Below, piece after piece: positions 1-9,778 of a stretch of 64,000 nucleotides of DNA (the first letter of the stretch is position 1; each line of letters opens with the position of its first letter). The position numbers and the translations under genes were made by a program. Source of the DNA: Heteronotia binoei (Eukaryota); the NCBI RefSeq assembly GCF_032191835.1, contig NC_083237.1, positions 24,180,001 through 24,244,000 on the forward strand, written 5' to 3'. The notes beneath the pieces are model-generated. The model was not told where the DNA came from and did no database searches. It saw nothing but the letters and a program-made list of their open reading frames with translations.

Positions 1-615
1 TGCTGTCCTGGAAGACCGCCCTTTTAGTTGCCCTTACTTCTGGCAAGCGTGCCAGTGACCTGTGTGCTTTCCGTTATGATGCTCCTTACACAGTTTTTCA
101 TAAGAACAAGGTGGTCCTAAGACCAGACCCTTCCTTCCTTCCAAAGGTTGTGTCACACTTTGATCTGTCAACATCCACTTCATTGCCAACGTTTTTTTTT
201 TCTGATCCAAAGGACCCTGGGCAAAGAGCTCTACACGCCCTCGACGTCAGGAGAGCTTTGTCCTTTTACCTCTCTCGTACACAACTGTTCCGTAAGGACC
301 TTAACCTGTTTGTGGCCTACGGCAATCCCCACAGAGGGCACAAAATTTCTACCCAGAGACTATCTGTGAGTATCTAGTGCCATCAAGTTGTGTTACGAGT
401 TGGCTAAGCAACCCTTACCCGAAGGCCTTAAGGCTCACTCTACCAGAGCAGTCTCGACGTCTTCAGCCATCCTGCAGGGCGTCTCTCTAGAGGACATTTG
501 TGCTGCTGCATCTTGGTCCTCACCATCCACGTTCGTCTCCCATTATGCCCTGGATGTTTGTGCGAGACGAGACACCTCCTTCGGTCAAGTGGTCCTCAGG
601 TCCATCTTCCATTGA
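1..615 (+). pseudogene. Frameshifted tyrosine recombinase C-terminus of the decayed DIRS copy
   Basis: ORFs 111-377 and 388-615 match the C-terminus of ORF 12440-15265 (AHSTRAVS, ASWSS, FVSHY) in two different frames. Confidence 0.9.
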
Positions 616-1088
616 AGTGACTGGTGAGTGCATCCACTTTTAGCTTCTAGTTATATAATGTGACTAACACTTTCTTTTTCTTGCCAGCACCCACCTCCTT
701 GACCTTTTAGCTGGCTAGTCACCCATGTGTGGGACTGTACAGAGACCACAATGAAGATAAACAGGTTGCTTACTTGTAACTGATGATCTTCGAGTGGTCA
801 TCTGTGCAGTCACACACGCCCACCCAGCCTTCCCTGCTGCTGGCTTCCTCTGCCTAATATTTACCTCTATAGAGTGTCAGTGGCGGCTGGAAGAAACTGA
901 GTGGGAAGGGCACCTCCCCCTCGCTCCAGGCATGCGCAGTCGATGCCTGCTCCCCAGAGCGAGAGGGAAGCGCGCCAAAAAGTTCTCTAGCGACTCCGAG
1001 GTACGGATCCGTTGCCTGCGGCAAGACCCATTTGTGTGACTGCACAGATGACCACTTGAAGATCATCAGTTACAGGTAAGCAACCTGT
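1..1088 (+). mobile_element. 3' part of a decayed DIRS1-type retrotransposon (recombinase C-terminus, ICR, right ITR) in a MYH14 intron; continues left of the window
   Basis: Collinear with 14650-15760 of the full copy; ICR at about 721-817; right end ACAGGTAAGCAACCTG followed by a T run at 1089. Confidence 0.93.
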
Positions 1089-1741
1089 TTTTTTTCCTAT
1101 CCCTCACCATTTATATGCCCCCCCCCAAATATATATTGTTAAAACTGATGGTTTCCAGGGTGAGTGTTCAGTTTACATAGTCAAGTATAAGGGGCACTGC
1201 CACCATTTCCTTTCTTGATGCTGCCTTCCCTGGGATAATGTTCTTTAAAAGCTACTGGTGGGGCATAGGAGGGAAAGTGTTTGGATTTTATCAAGGCCCC
1301 TCCTGCCTTTTCCCTTGTGATTTGAACAGTAAGTAGGTTTGCAATTTCCAAGCAGATGCCTCAGCATTTCTCCATTTTAAAAAAAGAAGTGCCTACCCAA
1401 TACTTTCCCTGCTTCCTACAACTCAGTGGTAACTGATCATTTGCACCAGGGATGCCAGCTTCCAAGGGGGACCTAGAGTTCTCCCAGAATTAGAGTTGAT
1501 CGCCAGACTTTGGAGATCAGTTCCCCTGGAGAAACTGGCAACTTGAAGCACTATCCCTAAATCTCTATGAATTTTCCAGGTCAGGGTTGGTGATCCTAGT
1601 TCTGGGTGAGAAAATGGGCAAACAAGATGGCAGCTATATGCTGAATTTGCTCATGTTGTTTTACATCTAAGGTACATCTGTTCTTAAGGAACTTCTTTAT
1701 GTTCACTTTATGCTTTGCTCTTCTCTTGCCTTAACTTGCAG

Positions 1742-1914
1742 GTTGAGAAGAGCCACCTGCGACTGAAACAGCTGAAGCGGCAACTGGAGGAGGCAGAGGA
1801 AGAAGCCTCGCGGGCCAATGCCAGTCGTCGTCGCATGCAGCGCGAACTTGAGGACGTCACAGAGTCAGCTGAGTCCATGAACCGCGAGGTCACCAGCCTG
1901 AGGAACCGTCTCAG
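1742..1914 (+). CDS. MYH14: Non-muscle myosin heavy chain IIC, penultimate coding exon
   Basis: [58 protein letters not shown]; ttgcag acceptor, ag|gtgtgt donor; 173 nt, ends in phase 2. Confidence 0.93.
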
Positions 1915-2650
1915 GTGTGTAGCTGTAGGTGGGCTGTGCTTGGCACTGGTTGAATACAGAATCCCAATTTTGAAGATTAATGTTCCATCCTTTTTGATAG
2001 TTCTGAGACCAAACTAAGGTGAGGATAGATACAGCTGTGCCTTGAATGTCCTGTTTATCCTCCCATCTCCCCATTCTTACAGATGTTCCCATTTTGTCTG
2101 TCCTTTTCTCAACCTAATTGATCATCAATTAGGTACGCTGCTTGTCTTCCAGGGAATACACAACAACTCTGTAAAGTAGACTGGGCTGAGAGACAGTAAC
2201 TGGCAAAAAGCCTTTCTAGCTGAGCACGTATCTGAACCCAGAGTTCTTTAGTTCATATCCAATGGTCTATTCATTGCTTAGCACTGGTTACAGAAAAAGA
2301 TTTGCCCATATTTCTTTTTTTGGTGTATGCTTATATTCACTGGCATGCAGAGGAAGCAAAGAGGTGCATTCCCTCCCACCCCCTACAAAAAGAAAGATGG
2401 TTCTTCATAAGCCATCTTTGATCAGCTAGTTTCTTTAAGCAAGTGACATGTTCTAATACCTTCCCACAGAGGAAGAGGATCATTCATTGAAGAGGCAGCC
2501 CTGAGAGGACAATACTATACAATTCCCCCCAAAAAAATTTAAATAAGAAAGGTCTGAATCTTCTCCCTCCCTTGCAGAGACTCTAGATGTCCTGGCTTCC
2601 TTGCAGAAATGCCATTCCTCCCTCTGAAGAACCCAAGAATTATGTGTCTG

Positions 2651-2946
2651 CCCCGTGGTGCAGAGTGTTAAAGCTGCAGTACTGCAGTCCTAAGCTCTGC
2701 TCACAACCTGAGTTTGATCCCCGGTGGAAGCTGGGTTTTCAGATAGCCAGCTCGAGGTTGACTCAGCCTTCCATCCTTCCAAAGTCGGTAAAATGAGTAC
2801 CCAGCTTGCTGGGGGGGAAGTGTAGATGACTGAGGAAGGCAATGGCAAACCACCCCGTAAAAAGTCTGCCATGAAAACATTGTGAAAGCAATGTCACCCC
2901 AGAGTCAGAAACAACTGGTGCTTGCACAGGGGACCTTTCCTTTTTC
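2651..2946 (+). mobile_element. tRNA-derived SINE with RTE/Bov-B-like tail (Sauria-SINE type)
   Basis: A box TGGTGCAGAGTG, B box GAGTTTGATCC, GAAGGCAATGGCAAACCAC tail; homologous to 20837-21132. Confidence 0.8.
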
Positions 2947-3453
2947 CTTATTTATGTACTTAGTTTATATACCACTTTTCTCACCAGCAGGGATTCAAGG
3001 TGGCTGACATAATTCTTTATTTTATCCCTTCAACAACCCAGGGAGGTAGTTTAGGCTGAGAGATTGTGACTGATTGGCCCAAGGAAGCTTCTGTGGCAGA
3101 ATGGATTTGAACTTAGGTCTCCCAGATCCTAGTCTGACACTCCAAGCATTTTACCATGCTGGCTGTTTGAATCCTGGTTCCTAGGCAACCACAAAGAATG
3201 TGGGAATCACAGCTCATAGCCTCCTTTTCCTGTCCTTTATTTTAGCCCCCCTCCCCATGACCTCAGCAGGTCTGTCTCCAACCATGTATTCATCTTGCCT
3301 AGAGCCTGGACACCACTTGCTCTTGGCCTCATGCTGTTTTACTGTTCTCCTCTTTCAATGTGGGGTTCTTTCCAGATCATTCTTTCATATTGGCATTTCT
3401 TTGTTTTCTCTCTCTCTCTCTTGTTACATTCCATCTTTTTCTCGACCCAACAG

Positions 3454-3477
3454 CAAGTTAGAGCGCCGGCAGCGGAA
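3454..3477 (+). CDS. MYH14: Candidate frame-preserving 24-nt cassette exon in the MYH14 tail, (S)KLERRQR(K)
   Basis: Long pyrimidine tract and CAG at 3451-3453, GTACGT donor at 3478, phase 2/2 matching both neighbours, TGCATG at 3512-3517. Confidence 0.6.
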
Positions 3478-5339
3478 GTACGTTCTCAACTCCCTTCCCC
3501 CCCAGTTGTTCTGCATGTGTGTGTGCTGTGCAGTGCAATTTCTAGAAAGGGGAGGAGGGATGCGTGTTGTGCGTGTGCAGTTGTGGCTTCACCATCTCCA
3601 GTTGGGAGGGGGGAGCCCTAGAGAACCTGGTGGGAGCACGTCTAGCAACTTTGCTCTTGGTAGAAGAGGAGCGCTGACAGGGTAACGTGTGCTTCTGCAG
3701 TGAGCTTCTAGCTACTCCTGCCTTCGGCAAGAGGCAAGACAGTGACCTGGTAAGGCCTGTGCTTGACATCTGTGGCTGCTTCATTCCTAGTAGACAAGGT
3801 GCTGCTGGTAGCGAGTGCAATCAAGAGCATTTGTGGTCAGAAGAGCTTCAAGCTTCTCCAGCCCCAAGGAGGGAGGCAGGGCTCTCTAGATGCTCTCTTC
3901 TTCCCAAGGGGAGAAATGCTTCTGTCTAACGCTGCTTGCTTGCTTGAATCTTGGTGGTGGTTATTTTTAATTTATCTCACTTTGCAACAAAGACCAGTCT
4001 CTCAAAATAGTTTAGACCGATTAACATTCAACAGGAGTCCAGGGGTACCTTTAAAGACTACCAAAAGTTATTCCAGGATGAGCTTTCAGGAGAGGTTTAG
4101 TCATTTGAAGATGCCACCTGGACTCCTATTTAATTTAGCTGCAGAAGACCTCAGAGGGCTGCTCATCAGGAATTAGCACTTACAGTGGGCTGTGTGGGGC
4201 TGCAGGTGGGGACTGTGTGTCAATAAAGCCAAAAGCCAGGCAGGCTCTGCCCTTCAGAGTATGAAGTGAAAAGCTAGGCCAAAGAGAAAGGTAAAGGAAG
4301 CAGACTGGCTTGACCCCAAGCCCAGGCACAGAGGTGAGTGGATAATAGGAGCTTTATGGTCTTCTCTTGCACACTAAGGCAATATCTGCCCTCTGGCCCT
4401 GGTTTCTCCTGGAGCAGCATCCTTTTTGGCAGGAAGTGGATGAAGCAGGCTTTCTGAACCTACTCAGTTACCAGCAGAGATGCCTGGGGCCAGGATGGCC
4501 CTTCCTGAGCAGAAAAGCCATGCCACTTCCCCTGGACCCCTCCAGCTGGTGGCAGAGGCAAGAAGGACCTTTTGTTCACTACTGCTGGCAGGCAACACTT
4601 ATGTTGGCCCTGCAAAGCCATCTCATGCCCATTATGAAAAGGGTGAGCACACACCCTCCTTACTTTAAAAACAAGAAGTAAAAAGACAACTATCACATGA
4701 ACAATTTGCATACAACTTAATAGGCTCTCCAGAACATACCCAATGACTTGCAGTTGCCAGGAAACCATCCTGACCTGTAGCGAGTGCTAGTCTGAGTGCT
4801 TTAACAGTGCAGGAAAAGGAAGGTCTAGGAAAGATAGGATCTAGTGCTTTTGCATGGCTTTCCTGCCTGGTCCAGAAAGCAAGATGGCAGCACACAAGTC
4901 TACTAGACTGAGAGATGCTCCTAAACTTTTCAATATTGACTTCAGATCAATCATTGGTTGCCTGCATATAATGCCTGTAGTCGGTCATCCCCTCAAGTAT
5001 CTCTGTCACAAAACCAGCTTTGCCTAACATCATTCATTTGATTCCACAAATGCCAATACGACTACTCTGTGAATGCCTTCAGCATTGGAGGAGCCTCCCA
5101 GGCTCAGTGAGAACAAGCTGAGAGCTTCAGCGTCTCCCCAACAGAGGAAGGGCTGCTCTTGTGAATGCAGGAGAAGCATTTGCTATAGTGAGGCTAGTCT
5201 GGAGTGGAGGCAGGGGCGCTTAGCAGTACTTGGATAATGGCAACCCAAGAGAAACCTGACGAATTCCAATCCAGAGTGGTTCAGTAAGGACTTCACGCTT
5301 TAACCGTAGTGTCATTTTTTTCTCCCTCCACCGCCACAG

Positions 5340-5532
5340 GCGCACACCTCTGAGTTTCACCACCCGAACTGTGCGGCAGGTCTTCCGCTTGGACGGCGTT
5401 TCGGACGAGGAGACCGAGGACCCAGAAAGCGACTCCCCTTCTGCAAATCACCAGCCCGCCCAGCCCCCAGTTCCCTCCCAGGGGCAGGAACAGCAGCCCC
5501 CCTCACCTGCTGAGACAGCCCAGGCAGAATGA
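5340..5532 (+). CDS. MYH14: MYH14 last coding exon (non-helical tailpiece)
   Basis: RTPLSFTTRTVRQVFRLDGVSDEETED...AQAE*; ccacag acceptor; phase 2 joins exon 1742-1914; the FTTRTVRQVFRL motif is typical of MYH14. Confidence 0.93.
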
Positions 5533-6249
5533 GGAAGGGTGTGTAAGACCCCCTCCCCCGGTGGGTGGGGTGGATCTTGGGGTGTAGGGATCCCCCCTGG
5601 TCTTGCGCGCACTGTCTGAAATGAATACCGTTAATGGGGGGGGCCTCCCACCCACCCCTCACCTAGCCCCGCTGCCAATCCTGGCTCCTCTTTTAAGGAT
5701 CTCCTAGCTAATTCGAGTGAGACCTTCTCATATCAGGATGCACTTTAATATCCACCACCCCTGAGGGGTGGAATTGGGATAGGGTAGGGGGTCAGGATTT
5801 TAACTATATCCCTTTTAACAGAAAACAAAAAACCCAACTCAAATAGCCAATATCTCTCCTGCACTTTTTTTCCCTTGCCCTTCTTTATCCCCCACACCAC
5901 CCCCTCCAGTTCCAGTTGGAACACAAAAGGAACTTCTTATTCCAAGTCTAAAATGTTATAAGCAGGTTAACGGACACAGGCTGGAGGCAGGAGATGGCCT
6001 CCTCTGACAGTGCAGCTGCTTCTGGGGCAAAAAGGTTGGTCTCCCACCATCCCCTTTGTCTGGGTCATCCGGCTCTCATGGAGGGTTTTTTACACGTTTT
6101 GCTCAGCACTGAGATGCACCTGCAACTGGGGTGCCTTTCACTCCCCCAGTACTCAAGTCTCTCCACAGCATTCCCATTCTCCAAACCTCCTTTACCCTCC
6201 GTTCTCGGCCCTTGCAGGAAAGGGGTGGGGATGGGGCTGCAGGTGCCTC

Positions 6250-6494
6250 TAGAATTGCCAGGTCCCTCCTGGACCCCAGCAGGGGGTGGGGGTTAGGGTT
6301 GCCACATCCAGGTTTGGAAACTCCTAGAGATTTGGGAGGGGATCCTGGAGAGAATGGGTATCTCAGTGGGGTATAATGCATTCAGTCCCCTTTTCAAAGC
6401 ATCCATTTTCTTCAGGGGAACTGATCTCTCTAGTGTGGAGATGAGCTGTCATTCTGGGAGATCTTGAAACCCCACCTGGAGGCTGGCATCCCTA
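6250..6494. mobile_element. hAT-type MITE, TAGGGTTGCCA-terminus family
   Basis: Degenerate TIRs TAGAATTGCCA / TGGCATCCCTA; 8-bp TSD GGTGCCTC (6242-6249) / GGTGCTTC (6495-6502). Related pieces near 1440, 18850, 20460, 50206, 51034, 55000 and 60110-60525. Confidence 0.75.
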
Positions 6495-8016
6495 GGTGCT
6501 TCTCGTGTCCCTTCCCATAAAAGACATGTGAAAATTATCATCTCCGGAAGGACGTTTCTCCCAGCACATCATGGCCGGCTGCTGTTTTCTGAATCTCCTC
6601 CAGCACCTGCCTGACCATGGGCAAACACAGAGACTGAACTGGAAACCTTTCACCTCGGCCTGCCTTCTCTGGGAACCTTCCATCTCTCTACATATCTGTT
6701 GCCAGCAGTCAGGAGAACTTTGATCTGCACCACCCCCCCCCCATCTCACCTCTTCTCTTTCTCCGTTAAACCTGCTGGGTCTATTTGTTTTGTTTCAGCT
6801 GCAGTCAGGAAGATAGGATTTGCAAACCCCATCACTGGTGATCCCTACCCTACCATCTCCTGGGCTGCTGCCTTGCGGGTGACTGTACCATAAATGGATC
6901 CTCAAAGGCTCCAGGTTCTCTTTCTAAAAAGGGTCAGGGCTCAAGAATTGTACATGCAGATTCTGAAAAAGCCCCCCACCCCACCCCCTGGCTGCATCTG
7001 CAAAAGCATCCAATGCTTCTGCTTCTCTTTTCTCGTGACCTCCTGCTGTGGCACAGCTCCTTCTTGGGGGGAAAATACTATTTCTGCAGGCATTCAAATG
7101 TTAGGTTTAGTATAAGGCATGCAGTTGAGCAGATGCATGCAAAATAAGGGTAATTGCTGAAATAAGCACCGGATTTTAATTTCCTTTGTGTAGAATTTGG
7201 AAAGGGAGAGGGGAGAAGAGTAGCACCAAGTACAAAGAGTTTGGATAATCTTTGGCAGCTTTCTCTCATCAGTGGGAATACAGTAGTTGGAGGAGTCCTC
7301 AAACCCCACTGGGGACTAGCGCCAGATTCTTAAAGTGCTTCACTTTATGCTTGTGTTGAATGCTGAACATAACATTACCCATCTTCACCTATCCTAGAAT
7401 TACATGGAAGCTCAGCATCTGACCCTTGCACACAGGTAATCTCTACCTGCGTGCAAAATGCATATGCTGTTTGTGAAAATGGTGCAAATATCTCTTCACT
7501 GAGTTTCTTTGGGAACTGCTTGCACATATGAAAAAAAAACCCGCCCTGTGTGAAGCAGCCCTTACCCCAGCGTGAGGCAGAGGCGATCTTGAAGCTCCTG
7601 ATTATCCAGGGGTTCATTCTCCTCACTAGCTTTTGCATACTGTCTTGATGAAGGCAAGGTAGTCTTCTGGAGGAGGCTGGGACAGTGAAACAGCCTTGGG
7701 GTATCCCAAGGTTAAGAACTTTATACATATACTTGGCATTAGAGCATTCAAAGTGCTTTCACGTGCATTATCTCAATAAGCTGGTAGGCATAAGTTTTCA
7801 TTCTGCCCTTTTCTCATGCTCAATCCCAGCCCCCTTTTTGTCCCTGTAAACCCCTGTGGATAGAGACCAATCAGACCACCAAGAGGAGAAAGTTACTCAT
7901 GGTCACTGAGTAAGCGGATTTGGCCGAGACTGACACTGACCACTACACCACACTAGCTCTTGTGTACATGAAACGTTGTACACTCTCTCTAAGCTAGTGT
8001 TTAGCAGCAGGTAGGT

Positions 8017-8230
8017 AGTAAGGTCCTGACCTGGAAGGCCCAGGCTGGCCCAGTCTTTTCAGATCTCAAAAGCTAAGCAGGGCTGACTCTGGTTTGTACT
8101 TGGATGGGAGGCTACCAAGGAAGCCCAGAGTCGCTATGCAGAGGCAAACAATCAGGGCAAACCACCTCAGCTCATCTCTTGCCTTGAAAACCCCACCATA
8201 AATCAGCTGCCACTTGACAGCACTTCCCAC
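8017..8230 (+). mobile_element. SINE containing a 5S rRNA-derived segment with an RTE-like tail
   Basis: CAGATCTCAAAAGCTAAGCAGGG...GTACTTGGATGGGAG resembles the 5S rRNA internal region, followed by GCAAACCACCTC...CTCTTGCCTTGAAAACCC; opposite-strand copy at 21838-22030. Boundaries approximate. Confidence 0.7.
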
Positions 8231-9359
8231 CACCAGGTGGTAAAGAATAAAATTCCAGCCAACCAGTACTACTTTGGTGTTGTCAATCTTAGTTGCTCAG
8301 AGTGCAAGGTTTGCAAATTCTACCTTTGGCTCTTGGAAACATCCAGATTTACTCTCTTCTGGCTCCAGGAACTGGATCTGGTGGGGATAAACTTGCCTTC
8401 TCTCCTTGTTACTTTTTTTTTTTTTGCATGGTGGTTTCTTGTCTTAATTTGTGTTAATCCTATTATTATTGTATTATTTGTTTCTAACAAATATTTTCTT
8501 TTGAGCAATTTTATTTTTTCCCTCAAACCCAGGGGGTTTGCATTTTTTTTTAAATCTGTGTCCTCCAGTTTGTTTGGTTTTTTCCCCCTTACTGGCTTGC
8601 ATCTGTTTGGAGTTTCTTATCCTGATGTAAAGGGCCATAGCAATTATCCTGTTCCTTTTTTGTTAAAAAAGAAGAAAAAAAGAAGAAAAAGAAATACTTT
8701 TTAAGAAAAAGTATATCTTCTATTAAAAGCTCATCTCAGATAATCCGATGGCTGATTTTAAAGATTATTTTGGGTTTTGTTACTGAATTAAACAATGTCA
8801 TAAATGGTCTGTGCTGAAAATGTCTCTCCACTGAAATTCTGCAATTGGGCATTGGTGCAAATACCTTTCTGTGGTACAAGTATTCGTTCACCAACACAGG
8901 TGCCTCTAGACCAGTAAAAACAACCATTGTGACACTCATTTTATTTTGCTTTGGGATCAATAGCTAGAGAAGCAAGGGGCACAATTGGGGGGGAGGAGTT
9001 CTCACAACTTCTTTTAAAAACTGCTTACTTTAGCTGAAATGATTTCTTTTGCGCTAGATTCTGTCCTGGTCCACCAGCTGTTTCAGGGCTGTAATGCTAG
9101 ATCTGTTGCAGACTGTGTGTCCTCTGACCCCAAAGGGGTCCTCCTCTCCTTCCCCAGGTATCAGAATGCTTGCTCTCTAGACTTGGTGACCAAAAGTTGC
9201 TCTTTCTCCTTCCATTTGCCATCTTTTAACTTGGCCAGTTAGGGACAGACTAGCCCTTCACAGGGGCAAAATCGGAGTAGGCGGGGCTTTAAGCAAGGGG
9301 TAAATACCTGAGTCACATAGGGAGGCTGGGACCCTACCACTAGTTGCAGCAACACAATG

Positions 9360-9545
9360 ATCTTCTTCGTGGTCTCTGTGCAGTCCCACACATGGGTCTT
9401 GCCGCAGGCAACGGATCCATACCTCGGAGCTCCAATAGCTCGTTTATAACGTCTTTTGGCGCGCTTTCCTCCCGCCCTGGGGAGCAGGCAGCGACTGCGC
9501 ATGCCTGGAGCGGGGGGAGAGCGCCCATTCCACTCAGTTTCTTCC
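9360..9545 (+). repeat. DIRS left inverted terminal repeat
   Basis: Reverse complement of 15551 to about 15739; near-identical apart from the outermost 35 nt or so. Confidence 0.95.
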
Positions 9546-9778
9546 CTTCCGCCGCCCGGACAACACCTACCTCGTTGCGTTCCTCCTCTGGCTCGTCTCT
9601 TGGTATCGTACTATCTCTCTTACTTCTCCTTTTCTATTTTCTTCGTCCCTTTAATATATATATATATAAAAAAAAAAAAAAGGTAGATCCCGACTTCTGC
9701 GCTTTTGCCTTTTTTTTCCTTTCTACCCCCCCCCCCCAACCCCGTCTCTCCCTTCCCTCCTTCCCCTGTCCGGAACGG

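Noticed and set aside
2651-2730. tRNA genes here and at 20837, 54224, 54681 and about 61050
   Set aside because: A/B boxes are present but there is no cloverleaf, and each continues into a SINE body.
7430-7525. Possible minus-strand exon FPKKLSEEIFAPFSQTAYAFCTQ with AG/GT ends
   Set aside because: No recognisable homologue and no partner exons; splice signals are only moderate.
8017-8230. 5S rRNA gene
   Set aside because: Only a diverged internal 5S segment fused to a LINE-like tail; it is a SINE.
5533-8760. MYH14 poly(A) site and KCNC3 3' end
   Set aside because: AATAAA (8246) and ATTAAA (8722) exist but cannot be assigned from sequence; no KCNC3 coding sequence seen.
9344-9778. 145-codon N-terminal extension of the DIRS gag ORF in the ORF track
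   Set aside because: It starts at a TTG outside the element and runs through the ITR and low-complexity tracts; the first ATG is at 9779.
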